From a virus (taxonomy: Duplodnaviria; Caudoviricetes), in the IMG/VR virus record IMGVR_UViG_3300025653_000244, positions 1 through 25,292 of that record: a stretch of DNA of 25,292 nt; one strand, given 5' to 3'. Below are positions 15,626 through 25,157 of the stretch, in pieces (position 1 is the stretch's first letter; each line of letters begins with the position of its first letter). The translations under genes and the position numbers were made by a program. Under the pieces are notes generated by a model, which was not told where the DNA came from, did not search any database, and was given only the letters and a program-made list of their open reading frames with translations.

Positions 15626-15868
15626 TTGAGTCCTGAAGATGAAGTTTATTATGAAAACTATCTTGGCTTGTTTATTCATCCCGGTTGGAAACAATTTGTA
15701 AATGAAGCTCAAGAACTCTTAAATGCTTATAGTATTGAAGAAATTAAAAACGAACAAGAATTATTTTTTGTCAAAGGACAACGTAGTTCACTTTTAAACA
15801 TTACTCGTTTTGAGACAGGAATAAAAAATGCAATTGACATGGAGGCGGATAGTGATTCGTCGATATGA
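15626..15868 (+). CDS. Hypothetical head-module protein (80 aa)
   Basis: TTG start after TAAGGAG, with LFIHPGWKQF and KGQ motifs. Confidence 0.75.
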   Translation: MSPEDEVYYENYLGLFIHPGWKQFVNEAQELLNAYSIEEIKNEQELFFVKGQRSSLLNITRFETGIKNAIDMEADSDSSI

Positions 15869-16061
15869 TTTCAAATGCATAACTTGTAACCACATAGAAG
15901 AGCAATGGATAGATTCTAATGATTTATTCACAACTTGCTTTGAATGTGGTGACACCGCACAGCGGATAATCTCAAGTGTATCTTCACATTTCAAAGGCAC
16001 AGGGTGGCCTGATGCTGATGATGCGTGGGCTAAAGATCACGAGAGAGCCGCTAAAAATTAA
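15852..16061 (+). CDS. FmdB-like zinc-ribbon protein
   Basis: GTG start after GGAGG. Sequence includes YDFKCITC...CFECG...RIIS...FKGTGW. Confidence 0.8.
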   Translation: MIRRYDFKCITCNHIEEQWIDSNDLFTTCFECGDTAQRIISSVSSHFKGTGWPDADDAWAKDHERAAKN

Positions 16062-16096
16062 TATATCCATAATGCTACGGCACGGAGTTTAACAAT

Positions 16097-16903
16097 ATGG
16101 CACGTTTTATAGATGAGAGTCCCGAAGAACTAGATCCAGAGGAAACATTCTCACCTTTAGAAGAAGAACAGACACCTGAAGAGGGACAACCTGCAGAACC
16201 TGAAGAAATTCAGGAAGCCCAAGAAGATCCAATTCCCGAAAAGTATCAAGGCAAAGACATTAAAGATGTTGTCAGGATGCATCAGGAAGCAGAAAAACTT
16301 TTGGGTAAACAATCTTCTGAAGTTGGAGAACTGCGAAAGATCGTTGACGATTTCGTTAAGACTCAGCTTGAAAAAGCCACTAGCCCACAACAACAAGACG
16401 AAGAAAAGATCGACATTTTTGACGATCCTGACAAGTACATTGAGCACAAACTAGCGAATCATCCTAAGCTTAAAGAAGCGGAAGAAATTTCCAAATCCAT
16501 GAAGCAACAGGAAATCCTAAACAAACTTCAAATTAATCATCCAAATTTTCAAGAAATTTTACAAGATGAAAAGTTTGCAGAATGGATTACAAATTCAAAA
16601 GTTCGTACTGAATTGTATCAACGTGCAGATCAACGCTTTGATTATGATGCCGCTGATGAACTTCTTACATCGTGGAAGGAACGTCAAAACATTGTAAAAG
16701 AAACAACTGAAATGCAAGAAACAGATCGTAAGCGTCAACTAAAATCTGCTTCTACAGGAAATGCAAAAGGTTCAGGTGAAACACCAAGTCGTAAAATCTA
16801 TCGTCGTGCTGATATTATTAAACTTATGCAAACTGACCCAAAGCGTTACACGCAGTTACAGCCTGAAATTATGGCGGCATACGCAGAGGGTCGTGTCAAA
16901 TAG
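16097..16903 (+). CDS. Capsid scaffolding protein
   Basis: Acidic N-terminus, PEKYQGK...HQEAEKLLG motif, helical character, and position directly before the capsid gene. Confidence 0.82.
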   Translation: MARFIDESPEELDPEETFSPLEEEQTPEEGQPAEPEEIQEAQEDPIPEKYQGKDIKDVVRMHQEAEKLLGKQSSEVGELRKIVDDFVKTQLEKATSPQQQDEEKIDIFDDPDKYIEHKLANHPKLKEAEEISKSMKQQEILNKLQINHPNFQEILQDEKFAEWITNSKVRTELYQRADQRFDYDAADELLTSWKERQNIVKETTEMQETDRKRQLKSASTGNAKGSGETPSRKIYRRADIIKLMQTDPKRYTQLQPEIMAAYAEGRVK

Positions 16904-16921
16904 TGTTAAGGAGAAATTAAC

Positions 16922-17860
16922 ATGGCACTAGGTACTAACCACGTCACCAATACTACGGCGGCAACTTTCATCCCCGAAATTTGGTCTGACGAAATTATCG
17001 CGGCCTACGAGAAATCACTCGTATTGGCTAATCTTGTAAACCGTATGCCAATGACAGGCAAGAAGGGTGACACATTACACATCCCTAAGCCTACTCGTGG
17101 CGATGCATCTGCTAAAGCGGCTTCAACTCAGGTCACACTGATTGCGGCTACTGAGTCAGAAGTGCAAGTCACTATCGATCAACACTACGAATATTCTCGT
17201 TTGATCGAAGACATTACTGACGTGCAAGCTCTTGCTTCACTGCGTCAGTTCTACACATCTGATGCAGGATATGCCCTTGCAAAGCAGGTTGACACCGACT
17301 TGTTCGCACTCACTAAGTCATTTGGTGATTCAGATGGTGCTGACTTTGTACACAGCAACTCGTTCTTCATGGACGCTTCTACAAACTTGACAGCTTACGC
17401 TGTTGATACTGTTGCGGCGGCTGATGTCTTTACTGATGTTGGTTTCCGTGAAGCTATTAAAGAACTAGATGATAACGATGTTCCTATGGATCAACGTTTC
17501 CTAGTTGTACCCCCATCAGTAGTTGAAACCATTCGTGGTATTGACCGCTACAACTCATCTGATTTTGTATCAGGTCAGCCAGTAGTAAACGGCAACATCG
17601 GTACATTGTATGGTATCGACATCTACGTCTCAACTAACTGCCCGGTTGTAGAAACTGCGGCAAATAACTCTGCGGGCGGAGAACTCAAAGCAGGTGTCTT
17701 AGGTCATCGTGACGCTATGGTATTTGCAGAACAGTTAGGTGTTCGCTCACAGACTCAGTACAAGCAAGAGTATCTTGGTGACTTGTTCACTGCAGACACT
17801 CTGTACGGCGTAAAAGTTTTACGTCCTGAGTCTGCACTCTGCTTAGTATTTAACTCCTAA
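16922..17860 (+). CDS. Major capsid protein
   Basis: Motifs FIPEIWS, GDTLHIP, GYALAKQVD, LDDNDVP and DTLYGVKVLRPE. Strong RBS and followed by a terminator. Confidence 0.93.
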   Translation: MALGTNHVTNTTAATFIPEIWSDEIIAAYEKSLVLANLVNRMPMTGKKGDTLHIPKPTRGDASAKAASTQVTLIAATESEVQVTIDQHYEYSRLIEDITDVQALASLRQFYTSDAGYALAKQVDTDLFALTKSFGDSDGADFVHSNSFFMDASTNLTAYAVDTVAAADVFTDVGFREAIKELDDNDVPMDQRFLVVPPSVVETIRGIDRYNSSDFVSGQPVVNGNIGTLYGIDIYVSTNCPVVETAANNSAGGELKAGVLGHRDAMVFAEQLGVRSQTQYKQEYLGDLFTADTLYGVKVLRPESALCLVFNS

Positions 17861-17867
17861 GCAACTG

Positions 17868-17890
17868 AGGGGGTCTACATGGCCCCCTTT
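17868..17890 (+). terminator. Rho-independent terminator after the capsid gene
   Basis: AGGGGGTC-TACAT-GGCCCCCT followed by a short T tract, so probably leaky. Confidence 0.75.
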
Positions 17891-17914
17891 CCTAATTCTT
17901 GACTGGAGATTTCA

Positions 17915-19384
17915 ATGGCAATCTTTCGTGGTACAGGTAGTGCAAGTAGCACATCAGATCAAGCGACTATTGATACAGTAACAACTAAATCTAATGAAGC
18001 CGCAACGTCTGCAACCAATGCCGCATCTTCAGCTACTGCCGCCGCTAGCAGTGCAACATCAGCGGCATCCTCAGCAACAACAGCAACAACACAAGCTACC
18101 AATGCCGCTACCTCAGCATCTAATGCCGCTACTTCAGAAACTAATGCGGCGGCTAGTTTTGATAGTTTTGATGATCGTTACTTAGGTGCAAAGTCTTCTG
18201 ACCCATCGACAGATAATGATGGTGATGCTCTTTTAACAGGTGCGCTGTATTTTAACTCTACTGCTAATGAAATGCGTGTCTATACTGGGTCAGCATGGGT
18301 AGTTTCATTTGCATCGCTTAGTGGAGCTTTAATTAACTCTAACAACCTATCTGATGTAAGTAATGCAACAACTTCAAGAAGCAACCTAGGACTTACAAGT
18401 CAAGCTCTTGTTACTGATTTGACAGCAGAGACCTCAATTGCTGATGATGATCAAATAATTATTTCTGATACTTCTGCGTCTGCTTTGCGTCGAATGACTA
18501 AAGCTAATTTTGTTTCAGGGCTAATCTCTGGCACAGAAATTTCTAATGTTGTTGAAGACACAACTCCACAACTTGGCGGCAATCTTGACACCAACGGTAA
18601 CGACATTGTAACGACAAGCAACGCAGATATTGACCTTGCGCCTAACGGTACAGGTAAGGTAGTTGTTAAAGGTAATACAAACCCCGGTACTGTTGTATTA
18701 AACTGTGAATCTAATAGTCATGGTCAAACAATTATTGCACAGCCACACAGCGCAAGCGTTACCAACACATTAACACTTCCTGCAGGCGGCAATCAAGAAA
18801 TAGTTGGCACAGCGGCTACGCAAACACTAACTAATAAAACTCTAACCAGTCCTACCATTGATTTGTCCGCTGTTACTTCTTCAGGTGACTTAGCCGTTGC
18901 TAATGGAGGCACTGGTGCTTCTGATGCGGCTACGGCTAGAACAAACCTAGGGCTAGTCATTGGCACAAACGTACAAGCTTTTGATGCAACGATTGTTGTT
19001 GATGCTGACATTGGCTCAACTGTACAGGCGTTCGACGCTGACACAGCCAAGACAGACGTTGCACAGACGTTCACAGCAGGACAGCGAGGCACAGTCACAG
19101 CAGAAAATGACGGTAGCTTTGACTTAAACACAGGCAATCACTTCACTTGTACACCCACTGGAGCGATTGACTTGCTGTTCACAAACGAGACTGCGGGTCA
19201 GTCTGGCATGATCCTGCTGACCAACACCACACCACAGACCATTACAGTGGACGTTGACGTACACCTGAGTGCGGCAGACCTCACAGCAATCAATGCGGCA
19301 GGAACGTACCTGATGTCGTACTACTGCCCTGACGGGACTAACGTGTTCCTGAGTACAACTCCTGCGCTGACTGAGGGTAGCTAA
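17915..19384 (+). CDS. Tail fibre protein
   Basis: Ala/Ser/Thr heptad-like repeats, FDDRYLGAK..DP..DNDG, TPQLGGNLD, QTLTNKTL and GGTGAS...ARTNLG motifs. Confidence 0.82.
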   Translation: MAIFRGTGSASSTSDQATIDTVTTKSNEAATSATNAASSATAAASSATSAASSATTATTQATNAATSASNAATSETNAAASFDSFDDRYLGAKSSDPSTDNDGDALLTGALYFNSTANEMRVYTGSAWVVSFASLSGALINSNNLSDVSNATTSRSNLGLTSQALVTDLTAETSIADDDQIIISDTSASALRRMTKANFVSGLISGTEISNVVEDTTPQLGGNLDTNGNDIVTTSNADIDLAPNGTGKVVVKGNTNPGTVVLNCESNSHGQTIIAQPHSASVTNTLTLPAGGNQEIVGTAATQTLTNKTLTSPTIDLSAVTSSGDLAVANGGTGASDAATARTNLGLVIGTNVQAFDATIVVDADIGSTVQAFDADTAKTDVAQTFTAGQRGTVTAENDGSFDLNTGNHFTCTPTGAIDLLFTNETAGQSGMILLTNTTPQTITVDVDVHLSAADLTAINAAGTYLMSYYCPDGTNVFLSTTPALTEGS

Positions 19385-22300
19385 TGTCTATTATCAACGG
19401 ATCAGCGATGCAGGGAGCCACACGAGGCTTCTATCCTAAGACCATTGAAGGATCGCTACGGTTTAACGATGATGACTCTGCGTACCTGAGTTGGACTCCT
19501 TCTACAACTCCAACTAGCGATAAAAAGTTTACATTTAGCTTTTGGATAAAGTTAGGAAATATCGGCACAGACTTTCATGTTGTAAAGCACAATGAAGCGT
19601 CTAATGTAAATCAAATAGACATTCACAAGCAGTCTAATAACACGCTGAATATTGTTTTCAGGAAGACAGGAACATCTACAAAATCCGCACAATTAGTAAC
19701 AAATCAAGTATTCCGTGATCCTTCAGCGTGGTATCACATTGTCGTGTCTTTCGATTCGACAGCAGGTACGCCATTTTGCTATTTGTACGTCAATGGCTCG
19801 CAAGTTACTTCTTTGTCAACGAATACACAGCCTTCCGCTAACGATCAAGTGCCTATTTTTGCTAGCGGCAAAACATTTGACATAGGCCGTGATCAATTTG
19901 ACACTGATGAATATATGGACGGCTACCTAGCCGAAGTCTTCTTCATTGACGGTACAGCCCATAACGCTGACGCTTTTGGAGAAACCAAGAACGGTGTGTG
20001 GGTTCCGAAGAACATCACAGCCACAGACTTCACAATGGGTACGAATGGTTTTCACCTGACGTTCCAAGACGATGCAGAGGTTGAGGCGTTCAATGCTGTG
20101 TTATGGCGTGGTGATGGAGCAACCAAACAATCTATTACTGGTATGGGGTTTCAGCCTGATCTAGTTTGGGTTAAACAAAGAAGCAGTGGTAACTCGCACA
20201 TTTTGTTTGATGCTGTGCGTGGGTTCGGTAGCGGTAATGGATTGCAGTCTCAAAACACAGCCGCAGAAGGAACAAATGACCCTAGTTATGGCTTTGTTTC
20301 GTCTGCTGACGCTGACGGATTTACTGTAAATGAAGGCACTGTTGGCGATGATTATGTAAACACATCAGGACAAACCTACGTTTCTTGGGGTTGGGACGCA
20401 GGAGCTAACAACGCTGTCACTGGTCATTCGTCTGTTACATGGACTGGTAATGGCGGAACTCAGGCCATATCGGGCTTGCCGTTTCGTCCCGACTTGGTGT
20501 GGATTAAGAACAGAGATAACGCTGACAACCACTATTTGTTTGATATTGTTCGTGGTGCATTTAACGGATTAAACTCTGACACTACATCAGCAGAAGTAAA
20601 TAGCAGTAACGATCTATCTAGCTTTAACTCTGACGGCTTTAGTATTGGCTCTGATGGCGGCATGAATAGATCAGGCCAAGCCTACGTTGGATGGGCATGG
20701 GATGCAGGAGACGGTGATCCTGTAAGCAACACAGACGGGTCTATTACATCGACTGTGAAGGCTAGTACGACTAATGGCTTCTCAATTGTTTCTTATACTG
20801 GTACAGGTGCTAACGCCACGGTAGGTCACGGATTATCAAGCGCACCAGATTGGGTATTGGTAAAGGACAGAGACAATGCAAACGACTGGATTGTATGGCA
20901 TAGCGGATTGGCCGATGGAACTCAACATCTTAAATTAAATGCTACTGAGAATTCACAGCCAAACGCTACTTACTGGAACTCGACTGTACCAAGTTCATCG
21001 GTAATTTCTTTAGGAAATAACTCTAAAACAAACGGCTCATCACAAAAATTTATCGCCTACTGTTTCCACGATGTTACTGGCAAGCAGAAGTTTGGTACAT
21101 ACACTGGCACAGGTGCTAGTTTAGATATTACGTTAGGTTTTAGAGCAGGATGGGTCATGATTAAACGCACTGACTCTACTGACAACTGGTATATGTTTGA
21201 CTCGAGCCGTGATCCATTTGGCATGACAAACTCTTTGTATGCAGATGTTTCATCATCTGAAGGCGAATCATCAGGACGTACAGTGACTGTTGATTCTGAC
21301 AGCATGACTCTTGGTACAAACTCTGCAATTAACGCCAACGGTGCAACTTACATCTACGCCGCATTCGCAGGAAGCTACTCAGACTACATCACTGACTACA
21401 ACGAAGATGGCTCTATTGACAGCCGTGTGAAGGCTAATGATACCACTGGCTTCTCAATTGTATCTACAGATAACCACACAGGTTCAGAGACGGTCGGTCA
21501 CGGGTTAAATCAAGCACCCGATTGGATCGTGGCAAAAGCTAGAAATGGCGCATTACTTTGGCCTGTCTATCACAGTGCATTAGGAAGCACAAAACGACTT
21601 AGATTAAATGATACAACTGCCGCAGAAACAAATGCGGTTTGGGGCAACACTGACCCAACTACAAGCGTTTTTACCTTTTATCAATCAAGTAATACATACG
21701 ATTACATCTTTTACTGTTGGGCAGAGAAGACTGGCTACTCTAAGTTTGGGACTTATACAGGGAATGGATCGACATCTGGGCCAAGCATAACGTGTGGCTT
21801 TAAGCCCGCAATGATTATCCTGAAACGCACAGACTCAGGCGGATCATGGACTATCTCTGACAATACTAGGGATACCGTAAACCCTGTTACGCCTTATCTA
21901 TTTCCACACGCATCTGACGCTGAAGCAACAGACTCAAGTAACGAGATAGACTTCAACAGCAACGGCTTCCAGATCAAGCACGATACCCGCAATAACACTA
22001 GTGGTGCAACATACATCTATGCCGCCTTTGCAGACACAAGAGAAGCGGCCTTCTGGTTAGATCAGTCTGGTAATGACAACGATTGGCAACCAGTTAACCT
22101 AGACCATAACGATACGTTGTTGGATAGTCCGACTGATAACTTTGCGACTTGGAATCCACTTATACCAAGCACTGGTACGTTTGCAGATGGGAATTTGTCT
22201 GTGACTACAACAGTAGATGAAGCAACTTCTGGCACTACACTGCCATCGGCAGGAAAACATTACTGCGAAATAATCTGTACGTCTGCGACTACTATTGCCA

Positions 22301-22659
22301 ATGCTAGACTAGGTGTTACAAATGCAGATGGTATTGGTACTCCGCTAGGTGCTAATACAAACACTTGGGCATATCTTGCTGATGGCCGTGTATACCACAA
22401 TAGTTCTGCATCATCTTACGGAACGACACTTGCTGTTGGTGATGTATTCCAAATTGCTTTGGATATTGACGCAGGAAAGGTTTGGTACGGGATAAACGGA
22501 ACTTTTATGGCTTCAGGTGATCCAACGGCAGGAACAAATCCATCCCAAACATTTACAGCAAACCAACAGATGACATTTGCAGTAGCATCGGGCAGTGGCA
22601 CATTTACGTTTGTAGCCAATTTCGGCCAACAACCATTCAAGTACGATCCACCTGCGTAG
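19384..22659 (+). CDS. Large tail/virion protein: LamG/concanavalin-like domain, six beta-rich repeats and a SPRY-like C-terminus
   Basis: SLRFN, FRDPSAWYHIVV, six (Y/W)TG.G...PD(L/W)V..K.R units and GDVFQIALDIDAGKVWYG...NFGQ. Confidence 0.8.
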   Translation: MSIINGSAMQGATRGFYPKTIEGSLRFNDDDSAYLSWTPSTTPTSDKKFTFSFWIKLGNIGTDFHVVKHNEASNVNQIDIHKQSNNTLNIVFRKTGTSTKSAQLVTNQVFRDPSAWYHIVVSFDSTAGTPFCYLYVNGSQVTSLSTNTQPSANDQVPIFASGKTFDIGRDQFDTDEYMDGYLAEVFFIDGTAHNADAFGETKNGVWVPKNITATDFTMGTNGFHLTFQDDAEVEAFNAVLWRGDGATKQSITGMGFQPDLVWVKQRSSGNSHILFDAVRGFGSGNGLQSQNTAAEGTNDPSYGFVSSADADGFTVNEGTVGDDYVNTSGQTYVSWGWDAGANNAVTGHSSVTWTGNGGTQAISGLPFRPDLVWIKNRDNADNHYLFDIVRGAFNGLNSDTTSAEVNSSNDLSSFNSDGFSIGSDGGMNRSGQAYVGWAWDAGDGDPVSNTDGSITSTVKASTTNGFSIVSYTGTGANATVGHGLSSAPDWVLVKDRDNANDWIVWHSGLADGTQHLKLNATENSQPNATYWNSTVPSSSVISLGNNSKTNGSSQKFIAYCFHDVTGKQKFGTYTGTGASLDITLGFRAGWVMIKRTDSTDNWYMFDSSRDPFGMTNSLYADVSSSEGESSGRTVTVDSDSMTLGTNSAINANGATYIYAAFAGSYSDYITDYNEDGSIDSRVKANDTTGFSIVSTDNHTGSETVGHGLNQAPDWIVAKARNGALLWPVYHSALGSTKRLRLNDTTAAETNAVWGNTDPTTSVFTFYQSSNTYDYIFYCWAEKTGYSKFGTYTGNGSTSGPSITCGFKPAMIILKRTDSGGSWTISDNTRDTVNPVTPYLFPHASDAEATDSSNEIDFNSNGFQIKHDTRNNTSGATYIYAAFADTREAAFWLDQSGNDNDWQPVNLDHNDTLLDSPTDNFATWNPLIPSTGTFADGNLSVTTTVDEATSGTTLPSAGKHYCEIICTSATTIANARLGVTNADGIGTPLGANTNTWAYLADGRVYHNSSASSYGTTLAVGDVFQIALDIDAGKVWYGINGTFMASGDPTAGTNPSQTFTANQQMTFAVASGSGTFTFVANFGQQPFKYDPPA

Positions 22660-22668
22660 GAACTAGAC

Positions 22669-23775
22669 ATGGCATATTTACCACTCAGCACAGCCAACCT
22701 ACCCGATCCTGCGATAGACCCTGCACAGGGAAGCAGTCCTGCGGATTACTTTGATGTTTTCACATGGACAGGAACAGGAAACACTGGACGATCTTTTACA
22801 GATTTGTCATTCCAACCGGATTTGGTTTGGGCGAAAAACAGAAATAAAGCATATGGTAACGTGTTGTATGACAGTGTTCGTGGCGCAGGAGCAAATAAAG
22901 AATTAAGTTCGGATATAACGGGTGCAGAGGGGTCGTTGGTTACTAGCATTTACGATTATCTGAGTTCTTTTGATAGTAACGGGTTCACAAGCACATTCTC
23001 GGGAAGCAACTTTGCCGCTTACTTCAACGACTTAAACGATCCGTTTGTCGCTTGGAACTGGAAAGCCAACGGCTCTGGTGTCAGCAACACAGATGGCTCG
23101 ATAACGTCTACGGTGAGTGCGAATACAGAGTCTGGGTTTTCTGTAGTGTCTTGGTCAGGAAATCAAACTTCTGGGGCAGATGTAGGACACGGCCTCAACA
23201 GCGCACCTCAAATAATTATTACAAAATGCCGGACTCACGCAACAAGTTGGGTTGTGGGTATTGGCGGGATCAGTGGCTTTGGAGTGAACGATTATTTAAT
23301 TTTGCAAACAACAAATGCAAAAGCATCATCGTCTACTTTTTATCAAGCATACGACACAGATACATTTACCGTTGGGGTTTCTGCCGCTGATGAAATGAAC
23401 AAGACAGGTAGAGACTATATTTCCTACTGCTTCCACAGTGTCGAAGGCTTCTCAAAGTTTAGCTCATACACTGGCAACGGTAGTACAGATGGCCCATTTG
23501 TGTACACAGGGTTTAGACCTGCTTTCTTGCTTGTGAAGCACATCAACGGAACACAAGATTGGCATATGCTAGATTCTGAACGAGGCTCTTACAACGTCAT
23601 TGGACCGTATTTGTACGCAAACAGTAATGGCTCTGAAAACAATGCGACAAAAGTAGATTTCTTGTCTAATGGCTTCAAGATTCGTGTGGGTGACAACGCA
23701 ATGAACTCTAACGGAAATACTTTGATCTACATGGCCTTTGCCGAAAACCCATTTAAGTACAGCAACGCTCGCTGA
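22669..23775 (+). CDS. Tail/virion protein with three beta-rich repeats of the same family as the upstream gene
   Basis: WTGTG...FQPDLVWAKNR, HGLNSAP, YTGNG...GFRPAF and the C-terminus YMAFAENPFKYSNAR. Confidence 0.8.
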   Translation: MAYLPLSTANLPDPAIDPAQGSSPADYFDVFTWTGTGNTGRSFTDLSFQPDLVWAKNRNKAYGNVLYDSVRGAGANKELSSDITGAEGSLVTSIYDYLSSFDSNGFTSTFSGSNFAAYFNDLNDPFVAWNWKANGSGVSNTDGSITSTVSANTESGFSVVSWSGNQTSGADVGHGLNSAPQIIITKCRTHATSWVVGIGGISGFGVNDYLILQTTNAKASSSTFYQAYDTDTFTVGVSAADEMNKTGRDYISYCFHSVEGFSKFSSYTGNGSTDGPFVYTGFRPAFLLVKHINGTQDWHMLDSERGSYNVIGPYLYANSNGSENNATKVDFLSNGFKIRVGDNAMNSNGNTLIYMAFAENPFKYSNAR

Positions 23776-23790
23776 TAGGAGATAGAAACA

Positions 23791-24336
23791 ATGTGGACTT
23801 ACTTAGGTAAGCGTGTAAGAGAAGGGCGAGTGTTCACAGACAACACAGGCCGTAAGTATCCGCCACAGTGGTGGTATCGCACAACAGACGCAGAGAAGAC
23901 TGCACTGGGCTTAGTCCACGTTGCTGATCCTGCACCATACGACAATCGTTTTTACTGGGACGCTAATACCCCAAAGGCACTGGATGATGTGAATGAAGTT
24001 GACGCCGAAGGCAATCCCATCTTGGATGAAAGAGGAAATCAAATCATCACAAGAGGACTCAAGTACAACGCCATTCAGCAAACAAAAGCAACAGCGGCAG
24101 GACTCCTACAGCCAACTGATTGGATGGTTACGCGCAAGGCAGAGGCGGGAACGGCGATACCAAGTGCCGTTGGAGATTACAGAACGGCTGTCCGCACTGC
24201 GTCAGGCAATATCGAAACTGCGATAACCAATGCGTCAGACCTTGCGGCGTTCATGGCGTTGTATGATGCAACATACGATGCAGATGAAGTTCAAACCGCA
24301 CCCGCACCTATGAACAATTGGCCTGATACGATCTAA
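23791..24336 (+). CDS. Tail-associated protein, possibly a fibre assembly factor
   Basis: AGGAGA RBS and LQPTDWMVTRKAE...YRTAVR motif, following the tail genes. Confidence 0.6.
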   Translation: MWTYLGKRVREGRVFTDNTGRKYPPQWWYRTTDAEKTALGLVHVADPAPYDNRFYWDANTPKALDDVNEVDAEGNPILDERGNQIITRGLKYNAIQQTKATAAGLLQPTDWMVTRKAEAGTAIPSAVGDYRTAVRTASGNIETAITNASDLAAFMALYDATYDADEVQTAPAPMNNWPDTI

Positions 24337-24345
24337 GGGCAGGAT

Positions 24346-24537
24346 GTGAAAGAGATGGCAACAGAAAGCACTAAGACATTTGTAGACGGTTTAAGTGTAG
24401 TAACAGTAGTAGGAACTATTGGCGAGATGTTACCACCGCTAGCGGCCCTGTTTACTTTGGTGTGGACAGCAATAAGAATATACGAAACTAAGACAGTGCA
24501 GAGGCTTCTAGGAAGGAAACCTCCTAATGATAACTGA
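24346..24537 (+). CDS. Small membrane protein, possible holin
   Basis: Hydrophobic segments GLSVVTVVGTIG and LPPLAALFTLVWTAI with a basic C-terminus. Confidence 0.6.
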   Translation: MKEMATESTKTFVDGLSVVTVVGTIGEMLPPLAALFTLVWTAIRIYETKTVQRLLGRKPPNDN

Positions 24538-24967
24538 GCTTGCCGCCGCTAATGCCGCCTTTGGTGTTATTAAAGAAACCATTGCTAATGGTAAAGAACT
24601 GTATGAAGCAGGAGAAGCATTAGCAAAGTATTTTGGCCTCAAGGCTGAGATACAAAAGAAAGCGCATGAACACGGATATAAGTCTGACCTTGAAGCGTTT
24701 ATGGCTACAGAGCAACTCAAAGAATATGAGGATGCTCTAAAACAAATGATGATCTGGCAAGGGCGAGCCGGGTTATGGACAGATTGGTTAGGCTACCAAA
24801 GCAAGATGAAGGAAAGTCGTGAAGCCGCAGAGAAAGCTGAGAAGGCCAAAAAAGTTAAACGTAAAAACCAGATTGTTGATCTTTGTATTAGCATCTGTTT
24901 GGGCATTAGCGTTCTCTCAGCCATTGGCTTGGTGATATACATCTTCTATTGGCTCAGTAAACAGTAG
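24527..24967 (+). CDS. Hypothetical coiled-coil protein with a C-terminal transmembrane helix
   Basis: Charged helix followed by LCISICLGISVLSAIGLVIYIFYWL. Confidence 0.7.
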   Translation: MITELAAANAAFGVIKETIANGKELYEAGEALAKYFGLKAEIQKKAHEHGYKSDLEAFMATEQLKEYEDALKQMMIWQGRAGLWTDWLGYQSKMKESREAAEKAEKAKKVKRKNQIVDLCISICLGISVLSAIGLVIYIFYWLSKQ

Positions 24968-24974
24968 GTCACTT

Positions 24975-25157
24975 ATGTGGGTATTATTTGCAATCTTAAT
25001 TCAGGCTGACGGATACACTGTTTATCCTCAAGGCCCGTTCGCAACAATGGATCAGTGCTTTGAAGCCCGACAGTATTTTATGGACACAGCACCAAAGCCT
25101 AAAATAAACTATGAAGCAGTGTGTATACAGACGGACGTAACAGGTAATGGCGCATGA
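24975..25157 (+). CDS. Small hypothetical protein (60 aa)
   Basis: Hydrophobic N-terminus, two Cys residues and operon direction. Confidence 0.65.
   Translation: MWVLFAILIQADGYTVYPQGPFATMDQCFEARQYFMDTAPKPKINYEAVCIQTDVTGNGA

Noticed and set aside
17990-18155. Low-complexity GCN/TCN/ACN repeats
   Set aside because: They are explained by the Ala/Ser/Thr-rich coiled segment common in tail fibres.
22498-22525. GGAACTT-N16-TCCAA sigmaE-like match upstream of gene 22669
   Set aside because: It lies inside coding sequence and lacks the GACA-N5-TGTC dyad and the other cassette elements, so it is plausibly chance.
19384-23775. Diversity-generating retroelement target/template repeats in the tail genes
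   Set aside because: The repeats are diverged at all positions without adenine-specific mismatches, and no reverse transcriptase is present in the window.
16901-24967. Genome-wide TAG recoding as an explanation of the split tail gene
   Set aside because: Other genes (scaffold, 24527-24967) end normally at TAG, and long genes are not fragmented by amber codons.
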